From Geosiphon pyriformis uo1 (Eukaryota; Fungi; Glomeromycota): 18,266 bases of DNA. The stretch covers positions 4,936 to 23,201 of the forward strand of contig JAAOMT010000121.1 of NCBI GenBank assembly GCA_016748015.1, in the 5' to 3' direction. Position 1 is the stretch's first letter, and the number at the start of each line of letters is the position of its first letter. The notes beneath the pieces were generated by a model that was not told the origin of the DNA, made no database searches, and worked only from the letters and a program-made list of their open reading frames with translations. Made by a program: the position numbers and the translations under genes. Below, piece by piece: positions 1 through 10,335 of this stretch.

Positions 1-132
1 CCCTAACCCTAACCCTATCCCTAGCCCTATCCCTATCCCTATCCCTATCCCTATCCCTATCCCTATCCCTATCCCTATCCCTATCCCTATCCCTATCCCT
101 ATCCCTATCCCTATCCCTATCCCTATCCCTAT
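1..132 (+). repeat. Telomere tip: (CCCTAA)2, CCCTAT, CCCTAG, then a pure (CCCTAT)18 variant array; C-rich strand on +, as expected for a left chromosome end
   Basis: Read directly: 1-12 CCCTAACCCTAA, 13-18 CCCTAT, 19-24 CCCTAG, 25-132 uninterrupted CCCTAT. TTAGGG/CCCTAA is the common fungal and vertebrate telomere repeat. Confidence 0.9.
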
Positions 133-913
133 AAATATCCCTATCCCTATCCCTATCCCTATCCCTATTCCTATTCCTATCCCTATAAATATCCCTATCC
201 CTATCTCTATAAATATCCCTATAAATATCCTTATCTCTATAAATATCCCTATAAATATCCCTATCCCTATAAATATCCCTATCCCTATCCCTATAAATAT
301 CCCTATAAATATCCTTATTCTTATCCCTATCTCTATTCCTATAAATATCCCTATCCTTATAAATATCCCTATAAATATTCTTATCTCTATAAATATCCCT
401 ATAAATATTCCTATCCTTATTTCTATTCTTATCTCTATCCCTATTTCTATTTCTATTCTTATCTTTATTCCTATTTCTATCCTATAAATATCTCTATCCC
501 TATCTTTATTCTTATCTTTATTCCTATTTCTATCTTTATTTCTATCCTTATTTCTATTCTTATTCTTATTTCTAATTCTATCTATATTTCTATTCTTATT
601 TTTATCTATAACTTTAATTTTATACTTATTTTTATTTCTATTTCTATTTCTATTCTTATTCTTATTTCTATTTTTATCGCTATTTCTATTTTTATCTTTA
701 TTCTTATTCCTATTCTTATTTCTAACTCTATACTTATTCTTATTTTTATTTTTATTTTTATTCTTATTCCTAATTTTATTTTTATTCTTATCCCTATTCT
801 TATCTTTATCTATATTCTTATTCTTATTTTTATTTTTATTTCTATTATTCTTATTTTTATCTATATTCTTAACTCTATTTTTATTTTTATCTTTATTACT
901 AATCTTATTCTTA
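133..913 (+). repeat. Degenerate subtelomeric hexamer array (CCCTAT mixed with AAATAT, decaying to CTCTAT/CCTTAT/TTCTAT/TCTTAT/TTTTAT)
   Basis: The 6-bp period NNNTAT largely persists to ~913. The first three positions vary almost only between C and T, plus AAATAT units in ~133-490. T content rises inward. Confidence 0.9.
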
Positions 914-3874
914 TTTTTTTTTATTAACATTTAACAAGTAAAACCCAAATGTTACCTAGCACAATACATCAAACTAAGTAATCTAAACTAGGCACAAATT
1001 ATATATTTTCTACATATGACCAGCCACTCGGACTGATCAGAACAACACTACGAATCTATTATAACAGACATCATCCTATCAAAATCAGAAAAAAACAACA
1101 ATGGTTATGAAAACCAAAACAAACACCAAACGTCTCAGCAATACCAAGTAACCTAACCACCCCAGCTGAAAGTGAAGACGACAAATCCTGAGTAACAGGA
1201 AAAGCAGAATTATCATGAGAAATTAAGCCACATTTTCTATAAAGGCCTTATATTTGGCCTTAACCAACCATATGTTAGCATGGTAAGCAGCACCAAAATT
1301 TTGAACAAAGTCAATAATAAATTTACTTACTAACTTAGTATTATCCAAAACAGATACAGCTTCTAGATATCAATCTTTGAACAAGAAATCTTTGCCTAAA
1401 TTGGTGTATAACACATTATCAAAAATGCTCAAAGAAAGCATCTGCGAGATCTGAAACAAACAAAAATTCACACCAGACATAAAATGCCATTTGGCCAAAT
1501 GTGAAGTAAGCAAATCTTTATGGATCTCCAAATCAAATGCACATATAAAAGAGTAATCAGAGCTTTTCATCTCTCCACAATAAAGACATAGAACACTTGA
1601 ATAACTTTTGTTATACAAATGCTTTCACACAGCAACTGGCAAATGATGTTACAATGCTTTTAAAAAATATGAGCACAGGCCAGCCATAGACCTGCTGGTG
1701 AATCCAGCTGCCATGTGCGAATTGGGATGCCAGACTGAAGCAGTATGGACCTAATCTACATCGCCAATCATGTTATTGCCAATAACAGCAGAACCAAGTC
1801 TAGCCTTCTAACAAACACAATTCACTGATCTAAAAATATCTCTAGTAAAATGCCGAACATTACTAAACACTGCCACCCTACCAGTTTTAATAAACATCTT
1901 CTTAACCAAAACAAGAAGCACCAAATTTGAGCTTGCAGCAGAATTGGCCAACTTATTAGTATGTTCATTATCCGTAACACTAAAATGTCTTTTAACCTTA
2001 CGCCAAGAAACACCAAGCCCTTTACTTTTGATCAAATTAAAAATACCATGTTGCTCCAATCAACAACAGTTTTGGAAGTCCGAAAAGACCAAAACTGACT
2101 CAGCAGCACAAAGCATCTAAGGCAACTTAACTGTCCGAATAGATTATAACAGAACTGTGAAAAAAAACACACTCCAATGCCAAAGCAATTGCTTGCAATT
2201 CAGTTAAAGTAGAAGAAACCAACCCACCAACCCTAATGCCAATACCTTGACCCACATCTGGGAAGTAAGCAGTTGCACCACACCCCATTTTCTGCATACC
2301 AAAATTTTTCAAAGAACTATCAGTGTAGATTTCAATAACACATAAATTGGAAGTAATGAGATTCTGTTTCAGACAAAAAATGTCATCCGAACCACCAACA
2401 TCCTGCAACTTAAGTTCTATGACAGGTAGACCAACATGAAGAGAATGAATCAGAAATTTACATGCCAAATTGAACCAATGAGGGACTGGACCATGTAGAT
2501 CAAGCCTCTTCCAATGATGAAAGCTTTTCCAGTCAAAAACCAAATCTTTTTTGGTATACAGCTGTTCGATAAAAGTAACTCTAAATCTTTTAAGTAAACA
2601 CAAAACCTCATAAAACAAACAATTACCCAAAACTAAGAACATCAGTGTCCCATCAGAAAAACGAAATGCTGTATGAGAAAAATTCCCAAGAGACATATTA
2701 CAATTCAAAAAAACTTTAACAACACTAGCCAAAAAATTGTTGACAGGACTAATATGTAACCTGACTAGATGACACAAAGGGTGAATAGGTGACCAACTCA
2801 GAACTTGCAGGTCAAGAGACCTGTGAACAAACAAGTAATCCAGAAGTCCACCAGCATTAGAGAAACTCAACACAGAAGCCACTTTGTATTTGGCTTGCAA
2901 CTGTTTAAAAGACTTCAAACTATACAAAGATGGATGATGAAGAGCCTCATTGGGAAAATCTCTCAGGAGTTCAGCCTTAAGCCTTAAATCTTTCCTAATC
3001 AACATGTCTCATTTAACACAGACATTCTTAGAAAAAAAACTAAACTAAGATTTATAATTGACAATAAGCTGTAATATGGCCAACACCAGATAAAAAAACT
3101 GCTTGTCCAAAATAGCTTTTCTTAAAACCAAATTAACAAAGAACCTAACATCCAAATGAGCTTTTGCCAAACTGGGCTTGGACAAATCCTCAAATAACAA
3201 ATAAATCCCAAGATATCTATAAGATTTCTCTTTACAAGCAATTAAAATTGGTGAACTATTTATTGATAGTGATGCCTTACCCACTTTTCTCTTGATAGGA
3301 ATAACCACAGTCTTTTCATTATTGATGGAGATGTCGTTTATACTGAAAAAATTACTAGCAATGTTCAGAATATACTGAGTGGCAGCTTGGCTACTCCCCA
3401 CCTATATTGTGTCATCAACAAAGACACCAGCTGCTAAAAACGAAGTCAAACCACCTTGGTTTTCTAATTTGCCAATCTTAGCAACAAATCTGGAGTCAAT
3501 ACAATATCTACACAAACTCTTTTGCCTTTTAATCTCATATAAAAGAAGATCATAGAAAATCTTTCATAGCAAGAAAGAGAACACCTCACTCTGGTCAAGA
3601 CTATCATGCACCCGGTATTCATTAGTCAGGCCAAAATCAGTCATAATACAATTAACATGATCATTGTGAATACTCCCAAAGAATCTGATAAAATGGTCAC
3701 ATATCTTAATTTAAACCAAACTATTCTACAAGTGGTGCCAATTTACAAAGTTGTAGATCTTCCACATATTCTATAAAACAAGCCACAGTTTACAATTTTT
3801 TTTTAAAGCATCTTTAACAACCGAACCAATAACAAAAATAAGGGACTGGATAGTAGTGTCTTTAAGCATAAAGA
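914..3874 (-). mobile_element. Non-LTR retrotransposon (LINE) 3' half: RT, RNase H, C-terminal CCHC, short 3' UTR, poly-A; degenerate
   Basis: Minus-strand motifs: LDQSEVFS (QG motif, ~3575-3600), AAGVFVDDTI (RT active site, 3411-3422), YRYLGI, RNase H IYTDSS...STLTELQAIALAL...IYSDS (2127-2340), WRKVKRH...NEHTNKLA (~1950-2005), CLYCGEMKSSDYSFIC (~1540-1595), stop TAG at 1048-1050, T9 run at 914-922 (poly-A on minus). Confidence 0.92.
1048..3872 (-). pseudogene. LINE ORF2 remnant (RT, RNase H, zinc knuckle) broken by many stops; includes ORF-track pieces 3045-3401, 2127-3005, 1808-2059, 1370-1618
   Basis: The ORF pieces are collinear parts of one polyprotein. Stops mostly fall where Trp/Gln/Arg codons are expected (e.g. 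FVDDTI-TAG-VGSSQ). Confidence 0.9.
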
Positions 3875-4040
3875 TTCTTATTTCTATTATCTCTATTTTT
3901 ATTTTTATTTTTATCTCTATTTTTATTTTTATTTTTTTTTATTTCTATTTTTATTTCTATTTTTATTTCTATTTTTATCTCTATTTTTATTTTTATTTTT
4001 GTTTTTATTTTTATTTTTATTCTAATTTAAATATCTATAA
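3875..4040 (+). repeat. Internal degenerate hexamer array (TTTTAT/TTCTAT/CTCTAT), same polarity as the terminal CCCTAT array
   Basis: Period-6 repeat with residual C only in the first three hexamer positions. It produces the spurious FYFYFY ORF at 3856-4059. Confidence 0.8.
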
Positions 4041-4044
4041 AATT

Positions 4045-6077
4045 AATTTTTCTAAATAGTTTTAATCAAAACAATAAGTTTAATATTAAATAAAACTTTT
4101 TTTTATATATAACATAAATATTTTAAATATTTAAACTTCTTTTCAAAATTAAAAACTAATTTATATACTTAACAAAAATTTAATAAATTCAAAATTATTT
4201 TTAAAACAAAATTATTTTAATGTTTTTATAATTTATCAGTAATAACAAAAAAACCTACAGTTTTTTTATTAAACAAAATTTTAATTACATATAATATTTT
4301 ATTATATACAATAATATTTATTATATTAAAAAAAATATTATTATTAATATAAATCAAAAACTTATACTAATAACTTTATAAGTTAAAAATATTATTTAAT
4401 ACTAATTTTTTTTTATTTAACTTTTTATAATTATATTAATTTTAAACTTAATTTTACCAAAACTTAGAACCAATTTATTATTAATAACCATATAATCAAA
4501 AATAAATATTTTAAAACATATTTGATTATATGATTTTTATTAGCAATAAAATTATTATATATTTAATAATATATAATCTAATATTTAATTTTTTAGCTTC
4601 TAATAATTTAGCAAGCTTAAAAACATTGTTATAATTTAAAAATTTATTAAAAAATTATAATATAGTATAATAATAATCTTAAAAATATAATAAATAAAGT
4701 TATAAATACTAATTTATAATAGTAGCTAATAATAATTAATAATAACAGCAAATACCAAATTAAGATATTAAAAAAAATATTACAATATATTTTCTTGTAA
4801 AACTATAAATATATATATAATAGCTTTAATATTAAAAAAACCAATTTTACTTTTATTTTTACTTTTAAAATAAATATTCACAAAAATTTTTAATTAAAAA
4901 AATTAAAAAAAATATTGAAAAGTAAATTATTATAATCCAAAGTATTAAAAAACTTATTTGTATTATTTATTAGCTAAATTTTTTAAAAAAAAAATTTTTG
5001 ATCAAAATTATTCATATTATTATAAATTAATAAAAACTTTATTGTAAAAATTAGAAAAAATATTAAAAACTATTGATATTTTGTGTTTTTAGATTAAAAA
5101 AACACATTAAACAATTGCAAAAACAGCCTTAAAAAAAATTTCAAACAGTAAGTAAATTTTAATTTAATCTTTGAGAAAAAGTACATAAATGTATACAATA
5201 ATTAAAAATTAAAAAATACCTTATATTATAACATTAAAAAGAATACTTTTAGTATAAACAATAATATTATCATATAAATAGAATTGAAAAATTTATAAAA
5301 AACTAATTATAATTAAAACAAAATATTAGCAATTAAAATAACCACACTTATAAAAACTATTTTTATTAAAATTCCATTTAAGATTATAAAAGAAAATTTA
5401 TTTATAGTTTTGTAATTAAAAAGTTAATTTTTTTAGTTTAAATTAAACATATTATCAAAGTAATATTAGTATATAATTCTAAAATTAAAACAAAAAGCTT
5501 ATTTTTAAAAAGTAACTCAATAAACAAAAATCAATTAGCAATTTTAGTAACTTTGTATATATATTTAATTAATATATTATTATAATAATTATAATAATTA
5601 TAATACTAAAATCTAAATATTCAATATTCAAACCAAAAATAAAAACTCAAATATCTTGAAATTTGTTAATTATTTATAGATGAACTTTATTTTTAATTTA
5701 GTTTTAGTAACAATAGAAATTAAATTGCTTATTTTTTTATGTTAATAAATAATATTTTCTTGTTTAATAAAATTATTTATATTTATTATATATAATAATT
5801 TTTTAAATAAAATTAATTATTAAAATATTAAAAAAAAATTATTTTAAGTTAAAATTAAACTATTGAACTTTGTAAACAAATTTATAATTAAACTAAACAA
5901 AATTTTTTAATGAAGTTTTTAACTTAATCATATTTAAAAATACTAAAAACTTAGTTTTATAGTAGTTTTATTACTAATAAATATATTTAAATTTTTTTAT
6001 ATTATTATATTATCTATTTAAATTTGTAATAAAAAAATTATTAACAGCTAATATTTAGAAATAGATTAGAAAACTAC
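4045..6077 (-). mobile_element. Extremely AT-converted LINE 5' half: end of ORF1, AP-endonuclease, linker and start of RT
   Basis: Back-mutating A>G and T>C on the minus strand recovers (W)KI(A)(T)(C)N at ~5785-5805, KQE(D)II.(W)H...NLISIVT(E)TKLK at ~5695-5765, LLFKNKL(S)V(S)IL at ~5480-5518, IIL(G)G(D)FN at ~5365-5390, L(PDG)K(AA)G...(E)L(W)KH at ~4220-4277, and VL.N(T)(R)(P)I(A)LI(E)T at ~4055-4097. Confidence 0.8.
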
Positions 6078-6430
6078 TGGTTTGTAGTGTACAATATATT
6101 TGTAGTCTGCCAGAAAATCATTTCATTAAGACTGTTTGGCACTTTGTTCAGTTTTCTTTTTATTGAGCCATTTGAGGCCAATATTGACAGTTATAATGTT
6201 AAATTCTTTTCCATTCTTCAGATATTGTTGAAAATGTTTAAGAGCCCAAATAACTGTGGCAGCTTCTAATTCAGTTAAGTCATATTTAAGTTCTGTTGGT
6301 TTGAATGTTTTACTAATATAGACAATAATTTGTTCTTGACTATTTTTATCTAATTGTAATAAGATGGCACCAAATGCTATATGTGAAGCATTAATAGCTA
6401 GTTGGAATTGTTTGTTAAAGTTTGGGTAGA
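6078..6430 (-). pseudogene. Ty3/Gypsy RNase H remnant
   Basis: Minus translation: LVYPNFNKQFQLAI(N)ASHIAFGAIL...ELEAATVIWALKHF...IVHYKP, then an abrupt switch to LINE sequence. Confidence 0.85.
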
Positions 6431-7345
6431 CAAGAACTAGAGCTGTTGTTAATTTTGTTTTGAGGATTTCAAAAGCTTTTTGTTGTTTTTCAGTCTATTT
6501 GTATGACACATTTTTGTTGGTAAGATAATTGAGTGGTTTGGCAATTTTTAAGAATCCTTTGATGAATTTTTGATAATAGGAGGCTAATCCTACAAATTCT
6601 CATAGTTCTGTGGTATTTCTAGGTGTTTGAAAGTTTTTAACAGCACTAATTGTTCCAGAATTTGGTTTGACTCCATCTTTGCTGACAATGTGTTCAAGAA
6701 AAATTAGGCTTGTTTTTCCAAAGTGACATTTCTCAATATTCAACTTTAATCCTGCTTTCTGTAATCATTGAAAAACTTCTCACAGGTAGATAAGATGAGC
6801 TTCAAAGCTTGGTGAGTATATATCAGTATCATCAAGATAGACAACTATTAATTGCCATAAGAGTCCTTCATATACAACATCTATGAGTCACTAAAATGTT
6901 GCTGGTGTATTGCAGAGTTCAAAAGGCATAATATTGAACTTATAGTTTCCTTTTTGGGTGGTAAATGCTGTTTTGAGTCGATCTTTTGGGTCTATTTTGA
7001 CTTGTCAGTATCTACTTTCCAAGTCTAAAGTTGAGAAGAACTTGGCTTTCCCTAAGACATTTAACATGTCATCAATTTTTGGAAAAGAATAGGCATCTCC
7101 AATTGTGACACTATTCAATTGTTAATAATCAACACAGAATCTGATTTTTCTGTTTTTCTTTTTGACAAGAATTACTGATAAGACCTATGGACTTCTTGAT
7201 GGTTGAATCAATCTATTATTGAACATTCTTTGGACCTGTTCTCTGATAAATTGGTGGTTAGCAGATGGAACTCAATAGGCTTGTTGTCATTTTGATAGAG
7301 CATCTTCTGTGCAGATCTGATGTTTGACAATATCAGTTTTTCTAA
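6431..7345 (-). pseudogene. Ty3/Gypsy reverse transcriptase remnant
   Basis: Minus translation: IQPSRSP*...ILVKKKN.KIRFCVDY*QLN...DAYSFPKIDDML...FSTLDLES.Y*QV...KTAFTT...VVYLDD (6828-6839)...LKLNIEKCHF...FVGLASYY. Confidence 0.93.
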
Positions 7346-7874
7346 GGTCATTGTTGTCTTTTGCAAATATATTTGCAAATTCAGCTATCAGTTGTTTCAA
7401 TTGTCTTAGTTGTTGGGGTTCTAAGGGACCCATGTTGATTTGAGTGAGTTTTTTTTTTCAACAGGTAATAATTTTCAGTGGTAGAAATGATATTTGGATT
7501 TGGAAGTAGTGTATGTCTTATAATTTCGATGAAATTAGAAACAATTTGAGAGTTTTCATCTTGAAAGATGTTACTATGTATAATTCTAATCTCTAATTTG
7601 TTCAATAAGACAATAGAGTAATTATTGAGATTGTAGAATGTAACTCAAAATTTTTTTATTTCTTTGAAAATATAAATGTTTGGAATTGAGATTTCATGTT
7701 TCAAACAAATTTATTTATTGGACTCAAAGATTTGTTGAGTAGTGGTGGGTTTTGAGCAAGTGTAAATTTCGTGATGTTCTCTAAAAGGTGAAATAGTAAT
7801 TGGTTGGAGAAGTTAAAGAATCTGGTGGAATTCATTCTGTGTATTGAGAGCTATGTTTATTGGTACTGTAAATT

Positions 7875-8265
7875 GTCTAGTTGAACTAAAATCTTGCATT
7901 CCTCTTTCACTTTTTCTCAATTGTTTTCTGTTGCTAACTGATTGTAGGCCCGAAATGTTGATTAAGAGTAGGTAAATTGCTTGAACAATTTTTTCAGCAT
8001 GTTCAATTCTGAATAGTTTGTCTGTTTCATTCTGTAACATGATAGTAATGTTTCCAGTATATCCTGTATCTATAACTCCTCTTTTAACATTGATTCTTTT
8101 GTTTGTCAGTGATAATCGAGAAGCAATTTGTACCATTGTTTCTGGTAGTATTTCCAAAGCAATTCTAAGATTAATTTTGATTAAGAATTTTGGTTAAAAA
8201 ACCAAAGTGTCTTTGCCAGAATATCTTAGGTCATATCCTGCATCAATTTCATGGGCTTTTTCTGG
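7875..8265 (-). pseudogene. dUTPase domain of the Gypsy pol (degenerate)
   Basis: All five trimeric dUTPase motifs are recognisable: DAGYDL (~8228-8246), ASRLSL (RSS), GVIDTGYTG, KIVQAI (IAQ), ERGMQDFSSTR (RGxxGFGSTG after G>A changes). Confidence 0.9.
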
Positions 8266-8805
8266 TTTTATTCTTTTTCCATTGTTGTTAAAGTATTTGA
8301 GTTGTATAGCAGGCTGGTTTTTAGTAAGATAGATTGGTGTGATTGCAATTTTTTTTTTGTTTCCAGTTTTTTAAATTCAATTTTTTTCTGGTTATTTTCA
8401 TTGGATAAGAGAATGCTAAAAGCATAGCATTCTGAACACCATTTGTCATCATAAGACATGATGTATTCTTCACACAATTGAATGTTTATTTGCTTTAATT
8501 GTTGAATTTGAGCTTCTTGGATTGGATATGTGTGGCTTGCAATTTGGTGATATGTTTCTATCTCATCTTTATAGTTGAATTCAGTTAATTCTATTATATA
8601 TTCAATGTACTTGGCTTCTTTCATTTGGTAAACATCTTCCTGTATGGCTCCATTAATTAAAGCCATTGCTAAATCAAAGATTATTTTAGCATCACAAGAA
8701 TAGTGGTAGAGTTTGTTAAGAGCATTGTTGTATGCTGCATCAAAAAGTGTTTCTTTTTTAACTTTTTCTGAAATTGATAAAACATATTGGCAGATTTGGT
8801 CACAT

Positions 8806-10194
8806 TATTACCAGTTTTTGTCAATATTTACAAACATTTTTTAGCTCAACTAATAACACACATTACCATGGTTATGTTACTGACTATAGCATATTATAGG
8901 TATATGAACTATTTGAGTAAGTGGGAGAGCAAAAAGAAGTACATGATAAAGTCATTAAAAGTGAGAGAAGTATTGTTATTATTATTTGTTTTTGGACAAA
9001 AACCAGTCTTAGGTATTTAAAAAGAGGAAAAAAAAGTCACATCTCTTTATATGTATTAGAAGCGCAACCAGCAACAAGAAAAAACCAAAAAAATTGTAAC
9101 CAGAATTCTTTCAATTAGTTGTCAAAAGAGTGTGATGTTCAAATGCCTATTTTGAAAATGAAGTTATAGGAATTATAAAAATTGTAGGAGTAAAACATAA
9201 CTGAAATAAATTTAACTTTTTATTGTTGAGACCACTCTCTAACAATATGGTATTTTATTACTTATTTTATATTTAACAACTTGTTCGGTAAAACAAAACT
9301 TAATATAAAATAGTAATAACACATAATTTGGAAGATTAAAAGTAATAGAAAGCTTGATAATGGTGGTAACAAATAGATAAAAAGTTATAATTAATGTGAT
9401 TCCGAATAGTGATAAAGAATATGGAAAAACATACTTGAGATTGTAATGATAAGTATTTAGAGCATAAAAAAAAAGAGACAAAGAATGTAAGAGTAGAGGA
9501 AAAGACTAACTGTTTACTATAAAACTATAGCAAAAAGTTGGCTCAATATTGAACTGATGCTTTCCTGAGCTAACAGAGAGACTGTATATATAGCTAAATT
9601 ATATCAGATCTACATATTATATTAAAATTATTTAAGATACATCAATTATTTATATATTTTAATTTAATTAATTTATAATAAGCTTTACTTGGCATGTTAT
9701 TTTCTCAGAGCTAGTGATTTTTAGATGATCAGATTTAAATGGCTGAATCTAGAACATTAATTTTCAATCAATGATACTAATTGTGATTATGATCAACATA
9801 ATCAGAATTAGATCAATTGATTACATTTCTTGGTAACTACTTTTAACCATTGATTGCAGATCTGGAATATTAGATTGTTTTAATAAGGATATATGAAAAT
9901 TTTTAGAATATAACAAAGCCTGTTGTTATCTGATTACATATATCAATCATTTATTTCCATTGGTGTTTCTTAGTTTGCCAAGATTTTTTTGTATCCAATT
10001 TAGTTAAACTGTTGGATTGTGCCATATTTTTTTGTTGTAATTGGATTGATTGCTAATCATTTATTTTCAGATTGCCGGCTAATTTTGTTGATTAATTGTG
10101 ATAATGTAGGTCTTTTTTACATGATTTTAATGTTAATTTTCATTGTATGTGTTGTAATTTTTGCATTGAAAAGTGTAAAAATCTTCCAGTAATA
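8806..10194 (-). repeat. LTR copy 1 (1389 bp; 3'-most LTR on the minus strand; small deletions near 8815 and ~9090)
   Basis: Starts TATTAC and ends GTAATA on +. Aligns by eye to copies 2 and 3 over its whole length. Confidence 0.9.
9585..9592 (-). promoter_or_regulatory. Candidate LTR TATA box (TATATATA); equivalents at 11128-11135 and 12672-12679; candidate AATAAA at ~9218-9223 on minus
   Basis: Conserved in all three LTRs, about 600 bp from the LTR 5' end on minus. The background is AT-rich, so this is only suggestive. Confidence 0.4.
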
Positions 10195-10335
10195 TTTTCT
10201 CTATCTTTGAAAAATAAGCTCCTGTAAATTGTTAAATTTTTTTTTCTTTCTTAGAAAGATCAAAGTTCTCTGAAATATCTAAAAGTTATTAAAATGTTTA
10301 TAGTTGTCTCAATACTGACAACAAGAGGCACCATA
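10195..10335 (-). promoter_or_regulatory. Internal segment 1 (141 bp): primer-binding site TGGTGCCTCTTG (10322-10333) and polypurine tract AAAGATAGAGAAAA (10195-10208)
   Basis: On minus, TGG begins 2 nt after the LTR end, and a purine run directly precedes the next LTR. This is canonical PBS/PPT geometry. Confidence 0.8.

Noticed and set aside
490-913. TTTTAT decay as a pure nanopore telomere base-calling artefact (GGG read as AAA)
   Set aside because: Considered less likely: partial intermediates form a smooth gradient, the tip is clean, and the same transition bias affects every element in the window. It is not fully excluded without reads.
914-3874. Telomerase RT or a Penelope/Athena-type terminal element
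   Set aside because: RNase H, CCHC and poly-A indicate an ordinary non-LTR ORF2. The orientation (3' end toward the tip) is opposite to that of elements primed from the chromosome 3' end.
3856-4059. 67-aa FYFYFY ORF
   Set aside because: It is the translation of the hexamer repeat, not a gene.
4045-6077. Missing Gypsy integrase/3' LTR, or an organellar/centromeric AT block
   Set aside because: The recoverable motifs are LINE AP-endonuclease and RT N-terminus. No HHCC/DDE remnant and no copy of the 16588-17011 LTR was seen.
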